A DNA stretch of 64,000 bases from Antechinus flavipes (taxonomy: Eukaryota), in NCBI RefSeq assembly GCF_016432865.1, contig NC_067401.1:141298001-141362000 (forward strand). Reading direction: 5' to 3'. Shown here piece after piece: positions 1 through 11,437 of this stretch. Each line of letters starts with the position of its first letter. The first letter of the stretch is position 1. The notes below the pieces were generated by a model. That model was not told the DNA's origin. It worked only from the letters and a program-made list of their open reading frames with translations, and did not search any database. The position numbers were made by a program, and so were the translations under genes.

Positions 1-478
1 GTAAAAGTGTATTTTCTAAACATTTATTTACCTTTGTGGAAGACACTAGGTGACAACTAGGTGGGTCAGTGTATAGAGTTCTGAGTCTGCAGTCAGGAAA
101 ACCTAAGTTCAAATGTGGCTTCAGATACTTACTATCTATGTGATTGAAGAAATCATTTAACCTGTGTTACACATACTGATGATACTACTACAAATGATAT
201 TAATTATATTGAAATAGTTAACAAAAATTTTTTCTTTAAGTTTATGGACCCCAGGTTAAGAATACTCCCTGCTCCAAACCTAATTCTGCCATGGCTTTAA
301 GGTAACATCTTCTGCTAAGCCCTTGTGTGGAGATTGCCTTTGTGAACTTTGAGAATGATCTGTCTGTCCCTTGGTTATTCTGGAGTTGTGAGGTCATGGG
401 AACACTGTTTTGTGCTTTTTGTTTTTATGGGGGAGGGAGGAAGAAAAAGGGAAGAAAGAGGGGTGGGTTGTTAGGGAT

Positions 479-1903
479 TTATGTAGCAAATAGCTAGGAA
501 TTTAAGTGGAACTTTCAAGGCTGATCTCCCCCACCCCCAACCATGTTATCAGAAGGCTGGTTGAAATTAAACCAATGAATTCAATTCAGAATATATGAGT
601 GGACATTCCAGCCCTGCTTGGAAGGATTCTAAGATATCCTAAGGAGACCAGTCTCTTTTTGGAACTGTATCATAATAGATTTCAGACCTAGAAAAGGTCT
701 TAGACCTAGTTAAATCTAGATAGACTATGTTAGAAAGAACAATCAGGCAAAAAGTGCAAGTTTTTTTCAAGAGATACTTTGAATAACTGAATTTTATCTG
801 AATTCGTATATTCTCTGTTTCCTCCCATTTTGTTGTTGTTGAGTTCATGATCTCATGAACCATATTGTTTATGGGATTTTCTTGGCACTTTATTGAAGTA
901 GTTTGCCATTTCCTTCTTCAGTGGGCCACATTTGAACTTAGGTCTTCCAGCATCCTATCTACTGAGACATCTAGCTGCCTGTTTTCTTCCATAAAGGTAA
1001 ATAAACTTTTAGAAAACACATTTTTGTGTGTGAATACATAGAATAGAAGCAAAGGGAGAACAGATTCCAGACTTGGACATCCATTTATGGTGGCCACAGT
1101 AAAGGAAGAAAGAGATTATTATGGGACTCCAGATCTCTAAAACAAGCGAGCTCAAGGGGCTGGAAGAAGGCTTAGTGACCAGTGAAAGCACACAAAGCAA
1201 TGAAAGGTGAACAGTTTGAGTTCCCAAAAGTTAAATTTCCCACGATTTGATGCAAGAAGAAAAAGAGGCCAGAATCATTAGAGTGTTGAATAAAATGATG
1301 AAGGCCTAAAGCCCAGGGCTGGATCTTTCACAACCCATCGCTTCTCCCCAAGGATGTACCCTCCCCCAATCTTGAGTACCACCCTCATCCCCCCAAAAAA
1401 ACCCTTTTTATCTTTTTGCTTCTCCCCACTTGATGAGAAAAACCCAAACTCTTCCTTCTGTTGCTTCCCCAAAGTCCTTCCTTTCAACAAAACCTCAGGT
1501 GACCTCAATAGCTGTGGACCAAAGGAGATATTTTCCCCCCAAAACATCATAAGGATATAAGAGGAGGAAAGGGTCCCTTTCATTTTTTCTGGGCCCATTC
1601 CCTCATCTGTAAAATGAAATCCTTTCAAGCTCAAAATCTCTGATCTAAAGATTCTTTCCTCCTCCTGTGTCCCATTCCCCAATAATAGCCACCTAGATTT
1701 CCTATGTAATCCTTTTTATAGAATAAATTATGTAGCAAATAGCTAGGAATTTAAGTGGAATTTTCAAGGCTGATCTCCCCCACCCCCAATCATGTTATCA
1801 GAAGGCTGGCTGAAATTAAACTAGTGAATTCCCAATGAGTTTAATTCAGAATATATGAGTAGACATTCCAGCCCTGCTTGGAAGGATTCTAAGATAGCCT
1901 AAG
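479..1903 (+). repeat. Dispersed direct repeat of about 165 bp (479-643 and 1728-1903)
   Basis: Aligned by eye: 7 substitutions plus one 11-nt indel. Confidence 0.85.
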
Positions 1904-3667
1904 AAAATTAGCTCAGCAATCTCCTCCATCAGACCCCAGAAGGAAAAATGTTGTCTTTGTGACCCTTGGAGATTCTCTGTGTATCTCTTGAATATCCATA
2001 TAATAGAAACATTTGTGCCATTTCTTTTATATTTCCTTCTTTTTTTCATTCTTAGAATAAATAGTTTTAGTGGTAGTTGGGCTGGGGATGGGAGAAGAAA
2101 CGAGAAAAATGTTAGAACATTCAAACACCATCAAACATGCAATCAGACATGGCAGCTAAGTGGTGCCATTGAGTGCTGGATTGGCATTTAGAAAGAACTG
2201 AGTTCAAATTCAGAGTCAGATGTTTGCAGTTGTGTGAGCCTAGGTAAGCCACTTAATCCCTGTCTGCTTCATCTGTTTCCTCATCCATAGAGCAGGGATA
2301 GAAATAGCACCTATCTCCCAGATTTGCTGTAAGGACCAAAGGAGATAATATTTGAAAAGTACTTTGCAAATCTTAAAAACATTATGTAAATGGTAGCTAT
2401 TATTGAGAATAAACTTTGGATTATAGAATATAGTCCAATAAACCTAATTTAGAGCATTCAACTGAGCAAATCCCAAATCTGCATGAGGGTATTCTGGGGT
2501 GGAAGAGGCTCCATGGGCTGGACATTATGGTACTCCAGACCCTGGGTCATGGTTTGAAAACTTAAATACCACTGAACTGGGGGGCTATGTTGTTTTCTTC
2601 TAGATTAACGGTTCTTAAACCTGAAATGTGTAAATTTAAAAATTGGGTTATTTTTATGTGTATTTCAATAAAATTGGCTTCCTTTGTAAGCCTATGTAAT
2701 TAGTGTTCTTAAAAACATAATTCTGAGAAAAGGTGTATAGGCTTTACCAGATTGCCCAAGGGGTCCATAATACAAAAAAGGTTAAGAATCCCAGGGAGAG
2801 AGCAGCTAATTGGCTCCGTGGATAGATCACAAGTTCTGAAGTCAGGAGGACCTTAGTTCAAATCTGGCCTCAGACACTTAACATTCCCTGGTTGTGTGAC
2901 CCTGGGCAAGTCACTTATATTGCCTCAGGAAAAAAAAAATACCAGGGAAGTAGCCAGGATGAAAGGGAAAAAAAAGAACAAAAAAACAGCCTATAAGGAA
3001 GCAAAGGAAATGTGGACATTCATGGATATAATCTTCTTTACTATTATATATCCTTTCTTGAACTGGTAATTTATTACTATATATTTTGATTCCTCCCTGA
3101 TGTTCTTCTGGGCACATGACAATGTTTTCTTCTGTTCTGTTTTATTTTCTTTTTTTGTTTTTCTTTTTTCTACTTTTTAAAAATACATTTCTTAAAAGAA
3201 TCACTAAGTTATGATTTCATATGTGTAATGATATGTTACTTTGCCTCTTCAGTATGAGAAGGAAGAAGAGAATTTGGAACTCAGTTTTAAAAAAAAAAAT
3301 CCCTATATTAGATGTAGTTATAATAACTTCAGTTGTCTTTCAGTTGTCTTCTACTCTTCATGACCCCATTTAGGATTTGCTTGGCAAAGATAGTGGAATG
3401 GTTTACCATTTCCTTTTTCAGCTCATTTTACAGATGAGGAAACAGAACTAAATAAGGTTAAATAATGGGCTCAAGGTTACAGGGCTGATAATTGTCTGAA
3501 GCCAAATTTGAACTGGGGAAGATGAGGCTTCCTGACTTTGGAGCTGGCACCCTAACCACTGCACCACCCAGCTGCCCAATAGCTATTGTTTATGAAATTA
3601 TGTGTTCCCTGTTGCTCCATTCACCCTTTCTCCCCAAGGCTTTTTGACCTTGAGGGCACCCCCAAAC

Positions 3668-3772
3668 CTTAAATTCACTTTCTTTGTCCTCATCAGGCAG
3701 ATCAGACTGAACTTCTTTTTTCTGATGAACATTTTGTTTCTTGGCTTTCACTAAAATCTTGCCTTTCAGCTG
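3668..3772 (-). CDS. PLCD3: PLCD3 exon 9 (end of X box and X-Y linker); last PLCD3 exon visible in the window
   Basis: Acceptor ctccacag|CAG (NAGNAG), 105 nt, encodes QLKGKILVKAKKQNVHQKKEVQSDLPDEDKESEFK. Donor GTTTGG. I found no Y-box exon in 1-3667. Confidence 0.9.
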
Positions 3773-4083
3773 CTGTGGAGTCAAGAGAGAAGTGTCAGTC
3801 CTTCCTCCCTTCTCTGTCCCTTCTCTTACTTGGCTCCCCCAATACAGTCAAGCTCCTTCTAGTCTCCCAAATCTCATCTCCCCATTGTTCAGGGAACTCT
3901 TCTCTGTCAGCCTTGCTTTCACTAAAATCTTGCCTTTCAGCTGCTGTGGAGTCAAGAGAGAAGTGTCAGTCCTTCCTCCCTTCTCTGTCCCTTCTCTTAC
4001 TTGGCTCCCCCAATACAGTCAAGCTCCTTCTAGTCTCCCAAATCTCATCTCCCCATTGTTCAGGGAACTCTTCTCTGTCAGCC
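3744..4083. repeat. Perfect tandem duplication (169 bp, period 171) spanning the exon 9 acceptor
   Basis: 3744-3912 and 3915-4083 read identical by eye. The duplicated peptides in the 3741..4346 and 3775..4104 ORFs confirm it. Confidence 0.95.
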
Positions 4084-4254
4084 AAGATCTCTCTCCCCTC
4101 TTAGAATACCTAGTTTTTATTGTCTGTCCTACCCTATTAGAATCTCCCAAGTACAGAGCTGAAGGAGGAGTGTGCCCTCACACGGGGAGCAGCCTTCCTC
4201 CTCCTCATCCCTTCCCCATCCCCATTCCCCAAGCCAGCCCTGTGTGGACATCAC

Positions 4255-4407
4255 CTCTGGAGAGGGCAGTTCCTTGGGAATTTTCCCATCTAGAGTTTCA
4301 GTCACCAGCATGTTCCCCAGGATGGTCCGTAGGTAGTGGGCCATAGTGGACTGCTGCTCCATCCCACAGTGATTTTCCAGGGACAAGATGACAGGGTAGG
4401 GAGATTG
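4255..4407 (-). CDS. PLCD3: PLCD3 exon 8 (X box)
   Basis: Acceptor ccaccag, 153 nt, encodes [51 protein letters not shown]. Donor GTGATG. Confidence 0.96.
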
Positions 4408-5652
4408 CTGGTGGAGGGGAGTAGGTAGATACCCAGGATCAGGGCTCTGTTCCAGCCTCAGGCTGAGTCCTATCCCACTCAGGACAAAGAGGGTAGGGGA
4501 AAGTGGGCAATCCAGATTGAATGGGAGTCAGAAACGACTTACCACCCATGGAACCTCTTGAAAGCCTGTTTCTGATTCGTAAAAACAGGAGGATTGAACT
4601 AGATAGTTCTGAGTTTCCTTCCAACTCTGTAACTATGATTATTTGGCATTCAAGGCTCTTCTTAACACACCAGTCCCCTTACTGAACTTTGGTACAGATA
4701 AGAGTGCTGGAAGACCTGAGTTTGAATCCTGCTATGTGACTCTGGGCAAGTCAGCTAGCCCCTCCTGTCTGCCTCAGTTTCCCCTCTGTAATATGAAGGA
4801 ATTGAACTTGTTGGCCTCTAAATCTGTGACTTTGTGAATTGCATTGGTCTACTTACTGTTCCTCATACATAAGACTAATCTCTAGTTTCTACATCTCGCC
4901 TCCATATCTAAAATGCCCCCTTCCTCATCTCTTAGGAGCCCTGACTTCCTTCAAGATTTAGCCTAAGTTCCGTTCTTCCGTTTGAAGCCTTTCCTGGTCA
5001 TATACCACCCCTCAAATATTAGTACCTTCCCCTCTAAAGTTGTCTTGTATCTACTTAGTAGATAGCTATTATATGTACATATTGTATTTCCCATTGGAAT
5101 GTAAGCTCTTTGAGGGTTTTCTTTCATTCCTTCTCTTTTCCTTCTTCCTCATTCTTCCTTTCTTTTCTTTTTTTTTCTTTTTTTTTTTTTTTACTATTTA
5201 CTATACTAATTTAATATACACTAATGTATTATTTACTATTTCTTTGTATCCTCAGCATTTAGCACAATGCCTGGTATATAGTAGGTGCTTAATAAATGCT
5301 TCTTGAATGATATAGAAGGTGCTTAATAAATGATGATTGATTGATCCTAATTCTATGAATTAATTAGCAGGATCCTTTAAATTCTGCTCCAACCCAAAAA
5401 TAGGGGATCATGATAGGCTTTGGGTCGTTGGATGGATTTTTGGACTTTGAGGAGTTGAGGGGGAGGGCTTGCCACGGTGGCTGGATGTCGTGGGGAAGGA
5501 TAGGTGAGGTAGAAGGAAGAAGGCTGAGGGCGCCCAGGAGAAGGAGAGGAAGTCGGGGGCAGGTCACCGTGGGAGTCTTGGGGGCAGGTTGAGGGATAGG
5601 AAGGCTCGGCTTGGCACAAGGTGGGATGAGACGGGGCAGGGCAGGGGCTCAC

Positions 5653-5797
5653 CGAGAAGGCGTGGTCCCGCACGACGTGGATGACATCCCGAAAGAGGAT
5701 TTTGGAGGTGAGCGTGTGCCCGTGATAAATGATGGGTTCTCCATCGGGCCCATCCCAACAGTCCAGCTCCACACACCTGCAGCCCTGAGCAAACGCC
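5653..5797 (-). CDS. PLCD3: PLCD3 exon 7 (X box)
   Basis: Acceptor cccctcag, 145 nt, encodes [49 protein letters not shown]. Donor GTGAGC. Confidence 0.97.
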
Positions 5798-6135
5798 CTG
5801 AGGGGCGGGGCCGTGGGAGGAGAGAGGACCCAGAAGGGATCTGAGAGACCCCCCAGAATGACCCTCTCGTTCTTTAGATTAAGAACCGGAGGCTCAGAGA
5901 GGCGGAGCAGCTTGCCCAAAGTCACGTAGCTCCTTTGTGGCCAAATCTAGCTTTCCTTCCACCTCCCACAGAGGAGGGTGAGACAGGGTCCCAGAGGGCG
6001 CGCAAGAGGAGCCAGAGCCACAAGGGGCCCGTGTTTCTGCGACTAAGCAGCTGCCTCACGCCTCGCGCTCAGCCCCATCCACGTCCCCGAGGCCGGGTCG
6101 CAGACCCCTCAGACGGGGGATGCCCTTGGTCCTAC

Positions 6136-6337
6136 CTGATGTAGGCCTCCGTGCTGCTGGCGCCACCGATCTGGGACTGGGTCAGGTAGGTGTTGTGGGA
6201 GGAGGAGATAAAGTAATGAGAGAGGGGTTGGCTCATGTCCTGGTACACGCCTTGGTGGGTGGGGTCCAAGACGGCGCCCTCCGGTGACAGTAGGTACATC
6301 ATGAAGCCATCCAGCATCATAAGGTCGTGCTGTTTAG
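6136..6337 (-). CDS. PLCD3: PLCD3 exon 6 (EF-hand end and start of catalytic X box)
   Basis: Acceptor cttcctgtag, 202 nt, encodes [21 protein letters not shown]...[35 protein letters not shown]. Contains the HNTY catalytic His. Donor GTAGGA. Confidence 0.97.
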
Positions 6338-6554
6338 CTACAGGAAGGAGGAGGGTCAGCCCTGGGTAAGAGGGAGAGGGAGCCGCTCCTTTCGGAGTGG
6401 GACACTCCCTGGGCCCTGCCAGCCTCCTCCTCATCCCCCCGCCCGGCCTTTAGCCCTTTTCTCTCCTCATCCCGAATTCGTACTCCCTCCCTCCTTCAGC
6501 CAGCTCTTCCTTCTCCCTCCCTCCCCCCTTCCCAGTCCTCTCCCCCGCACACAC

Positions 6555-6783
6555 CTTTCTCATTAAGCTCATAGGTATGGATCAGGTGCTGAGCATTAGC
6601 TATCGTGGCTCCCTCCTCTCCTTGGTCGCGGAGGAACTCCAGAAGCTCAGCAGCGCTCAGGACCAGGTCTTCCCCAGAATAGCGGTAAAAGATTTGCTCC
6701 AGCTCGGGCCGTTTCAATAGCCGTCGGAGGAACTCCTCGATTTCTGCGCCCTCGAGCCGCGCATTCCGAGAGCTGTCACACTC
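6555..6783 (-). CDS. PLCD3: PLCD3 exon 5 (EF-hands)
   Basis: Acceptor tgtccccag, 229 nt, encodes ECDSSRNARLEGAEIEEFLRRLLKRPELEQIF...HTYELNEK. Donor GTGTGT. Confidence 0.96.
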
Positions 6784-7084
6784 CTGGGGACACCAAGACA
6801 GCTCACAGGAGGGGGCCGGGGCTCTCCATCCCACTCCCTTCTCACCAGATGCCTTATCAAGTCCATAAACAACTCATAGTAATGATATTTGTAGCCAGTT
6901 TTGTAAAGCAGCAGCTCCTATTTCCTTTATCCACATCAGAACGGAAGGCATGAACTGTCCCCATTTTGCAGATAAGGAAAACTAAGGCCCAGAGTGATAA
7001 AAAGCGAATTGACCCGGAATTCACAGCTAATAAACGTCAGAGCTGAGCCTTGAACCCAGGTCTTGATTTTTGTGTTGGTCTTGG

Positions 7085-7430
7085 CTGTTTCAACAATGAA
7101 GTGATTCAGGCCAGTTCCAATAGACCCAGAGAGAGGACTCTGGGGACTGAATGTAGATCACAGTATAGTATTTTCACCTTTTTGGTTGTTATCTGCTTGC
7201 TTTTTTTCCCCTCTTTTTAATCTGGTTTTTCTTATGCAGCACAATAATTGTAGAAATATGTTTAGAAGAATTGCACAAGTTTAACCTATATTGGATTACT
7301 TGCAGTCTAGAGGCAGGAGGGGAGAGAGAAAAACTTGGAACAAGAGGTTTACAAAAGTGAATGTTGAAAATTATCTGTGGATGTATTTTAAAATAAAAAC
7401 CTATTTATATATATATATATATGTGGATGT
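7085..7430 (+). mobile_element. LINE-1 3' UTR fragment ending in a (TA)n-containing short tandem duplication
   Basis: gagaggactctggggactgaatgtagatcacag...aaaagtgaatgttgaaaa. The unit ggatgtattttaaaataaaaac-(TA)n occurs twice at about 7379-7459. Confidence 0.7.
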
Positions 7431-8290
7431 ATTTTAAAATAAAAACTATATATATATATGATGGTAATGTAGAGGAAAAAACAAACATTGTCCTTATAGC
7501 CAATAGAAATTCTTGTCAGGCTACTTGAGACCTGAGCTCTTTGAGACTCAGTTTCCTGGTTTATGAAAGGAAGGTGAATAGTACCGGATGACTCTGAGGT
7601 CCCCTCCCACCTCTGACAAGTTATGACCTCATGATTATCATTGTTACTGCTCCTGATATTTGTTATGTACAATGTCTTTTCACAAGAGCAGCATGTCCTT
7701 TTCCGTCAACTATTTCATTTTATATCCTTCTGGAATTATTGTCCCATTTGACAGATGAGAACAATCAGACTCAGGTGACTTGTGCCTTGCCAAAGGCCAC
7801 ATAATAATAGCTAGTTGTGGTTGTTTTTTTCCATAGCACTTCAAAAATCTGCAAATTGCTTAGAAAGGTGTCCTAAAAATTTTAGTGCCATTTTTAGCTT
7901 TAATAGCTTAAAACAGTCCTACAATTTTTGAGTTCCCTTGTTTTTATCCCACTTGATCTCAACAACCTTGAGAGAAAGATGCCATGATTATTATCGCCAT
8001 CTTATAGATGAATAAACTGAGTCATAAAGAAGTTGAAATGACCTCCTCCAATGTCATATTGCTAGTAAGCATGGGAGGTTTGGGATGGGATGAGGGTGGG
8101 GAGTCATTCCTGGGTACTCAGCTTTAGTCTTTGGGCCTCCAGGCTACCTCATTTGCCTTCCTTGGCAATGGAATAGTAGAACTGGGAGGAACAGCATCCA
8201 CTTTCCTGAAGTCTTAGTTTAACTCTCTTCTCCATGTACTGGGCTATTGCCCACAAAGCAAGCAAGATGAGGGGAATGTGGACAGGAATA

Positions 8291-8540
8291 GGCAGCTAGG
8301 TGATACAGTGGGTAGAGCACCAGGCCTGGAAATAGGAAGACCTGAGTTCAAATACAACCTCAGACACTTACTAGCTGTGTCATCCTGGACAAGTCACTTT
8401 ACCCTATTTCCCCATTTTCCTCATCTGTACAATGAACAGGTGAAGGAAATGGCAAACTACTCCAGTATCTTTGCCAAACCTCCCCCCAAAAAATCCCAAC
8501 CCAAATAGGGCTGCAGTCAGACATGATTGAAAAACAACTG
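8291..8540 (+). mobile_element. MAR1-like CORE-SINE (representative; similar copies near 840-990, 3330-3580, 13575-13790, 35190-35400, 37120-37320, 41235-41480)
   Basis: ggcagctagg head, gagttcaaa B box, cctcatctgtaaaatga core and gaaatggcaaactactccagtatctttgccaa 3' part. Confidence 0.8.
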
Positions 8541-11307
8541 GATTTAGCAATAGTAATGAGAATAATAAGGATTACCATTTAATAAGGATAATTAAAGGAT
8601 TGTTGCGAAGTTCAAATGAGATATTTATAAAGCACCTTAAAGCACTATATAAATGTTATAGATAACAGTTTTTATATACTGTAAATATTATCACAGGCAG
8701 CTAGGAGGTACACTGAGAGGGAACTGGGCTAGAATCAGGAAGACCAGAGTTCAAATTTGATCTCAAACACTTACCACCTGTATGAACTTGGGCAAGTCAC
8801 TTAAACTCTGCCTCCTCATTTTCCTTATCTATAAAATGAGGATATAACAGTACCTACTTCCCTGGATTGTTGGGAAGATAAAATGAGAAAACTATTTGCA
8901 ACGATCTTTGTAAGCCTTTTAAAATGCTCTATAATTTATAGCTATTATTATTGATTATTAATCTGTATGAAGAAATTGAGATTTAATGGCTTACCCCAGA
9001 TCACAGGGGCAGAGGGAAAAGGGACTCCGAAGGCAGATTTCTTTTTGTCTTCATGTCCAGAATCTATGCACCACACCAGAATTTTTAATTCTTTTTTCAT
9101 GTCAGGGACTCTTTTAGTAAGCTGATAAGCCAAGGGACCACCCCTTCTCACAAATGTATAAAATAAAATCCATTGTATTACAAAGGATACCAATTATACT
9201 GACATTTTTTATTTAAACAAGTTCATGAAGGGTAATAGCTAGGTGGCCCAGTGGATAGAGTCACCAGTTCTGGAGTCAACAGGACCTGAATTCAAATCCA
9301 ACCTCAGATAAGAACTAACTGTATGACTCTGGGCAAATGTCTTAAACCCAATTGCCTCAAAACAAACAAACAAAAAGCAAGTTAATTTAACCCTCCAAAT
9401 TAAATGCTCCTCTATTATAGCATGAATTCATAGCCCTACATACCATTATGGTATGGTGTGTGTTATGTTCTATACGAGTTTAAATGGAAAGAGTCTACTG
9501 TGTATTCACACAAGCAATACAGGTATGGTACCTGTGTGATGTGGATCAATGTCGTAGCCACACATGATCTCTTGTGCTAATTTAGCTGAATTTAGCAAAC
9601 CATCCTTCAGGTCCCTTACCCTCTTTGGATTAGAGATCTAGGAGGAGGGAAGCTGGAGAGGAAGGAGGAATCCAAGTTTGGATTTTATGATCCCTAGAGG
9701 CATGAAAAAGGAAGCATAATGTCCACCTCCTGAGAGGTGATGCTACAGAATAAAACATATTTCTTTTTGGACATGATCAGTGCAGAAATTTGTTTTGCTG
9801 GATGATGTAGATTTTTTTACAAGGATGGTTTTTTTTTTTCTTTTGTTTTTCATGGGGAATAGAATGTGGTAAGGAGGTGAAAATAGATTTTTATTCATTC
9901 AAAAAATTAATTTTTCATTAATTAAAATCAATTTTAATTAATTTTTGCTCCTATTGAAGATGATAGGAAGAAAAATCAGATTTTTATTTTGTTTTGCTGG
10001 ATGCTGTAGATTTTTACAAGGGTGTTTTTTTCTTTTGTTTTTCATGGGAAATAGAAGGTGGTAAGGGGGTGAACATAGATTTTTATTCATTCAGAAAATT
10101 AATTTTTTTCAATGTAGCCACATAAAAGCAAAAACAAAAAAACAAAACCCCAGACTTTGAGTGTCTTGATCTGGAGAGCTTCCTCTGCTTTCTTGCAGGA
10201 TAAAATGCAGGACTTTTAAATTCCCCTTATGTCCCCACCCTGGCCTGACTTAACCTGACAGCTAAGGTAACGAGTCCCAGATGTTGCTAGCTCTAGAGAG
10301 AGGAACCAGCTCTCTCAATAACAACAGTTGAGCTCAAGGGGCTTGGGAGGGAGGTAGTAGGGATGAGTCAGCCAATTCTCCAGAAAAAGGAATAGAGGTG
10401 GATAAATTGCTTGACTAGGAGGCAGAAGTACTGGGTTCTAGTACCAGTTCTGCCACTTTTCTATTCTGACCAAGTGCCTCAGTTTCCCCTTCCGTAATAT
10501 GAGGGAGGTTAGATGCCAAGGTCCTTTCCATCTTTGAATGTCATTTTATTGAGTTAATCAAGGAAGTGAATAGGGACAATTCTGAGTAGGCTATTCTCTA
10601 GCATCAGGGACCCTCTGCTTAAAGCACAGATTGAGGAGCAGCTAGATGGCACAATGGACAGAGTCAGGAGTCAAGAGTTCAAATATGAACTCAGAAATGT
10701 ATTAACTGTTTGACACTGGACAAATCATTTAACCCAAGTGTTTCAAAAAACAAACAAACCCTTAGACAGAGGAAGGTGAGGGAAAGGGTGAAAGAAAAGG
10801 CCCAAAGGAGGAACCCGAAGGGATGGGTTCACATGCCTAAACATGGCTGATCTCAAGGGTTGGGCTTGCTTAATTCTTGAATGGGAGAAAAGAAATCTAA
10901 ATCTGTCTGCATTTGAATCCCGCCTCTGCTATGTATCAACTTTGTGACCTTGGACAAGCCACTTGATAGTGATGTGCCTCAGTTTCCTTATCTGTAAAAT
11001 GAAGTGATTGGATTAAATGTCCTCTAAGATCCCTTCTTGCTCTAAAATCTATAAGCCTATAATCTTATGATAGGAGTAGGTGGTCTGAGTGCTGACAGGC
11101 AGGGGGTAGCAGGGCTGAGTTTAAGGACTGAGGAATTCCATTAGGCTCAGTTAGAGAATAGGAGCTAATAAATAAAGTCACAGAACAGAGGGGCCCAGAG
11201 AATGAAAAAAAAAAGAAGAGGGAGGGTTCCAGAAAAAGGGATGAAGAAAAGCAAAATGGTGTCCGATTGGGAAACGGGGTAGAGGCTGAATGAGGAAGGG
11301 GGGGTAC

Positions 11308-11437
11308 CTTGAATAGTTGTTGGGCGTACATGTCATCCATGGTCACATTCACCATCTGGAGCAGGTTTTTTATTTCTTTAAAACTCATCTTGCTGTCATG
11401 GTCTGAATCTGCCTGGTGTAGGTAGCCATGGATCCAA
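11308..11437 (-). CDS. PLCD3: PLCD3 exon 4 (EF-hand 1)
   Basis: Follows an AC acceptor, 130 nt, encodes (H)WIHGYLHQADSDHDSKMSFKEIKNLLQMVNVTMDDMYAQQLFK. Donor GTACCC. Confidence 0.96.

Noticed and set aside
1-3667. Search for PLCD3 exon 10 (Y-box start) or a separate gene
   Set aside because: No PLC-like peptide with splice sites was found. The region is repeat-rich intron and the exon must lie outside the window.
3741-4346. 201-aa plus-strand ORF with an internal repeat
   Set aside because: By-product of the 171-bp duplication antisense to PLCD3 exons 8-9. It starts at TTG and has no recognisable product.
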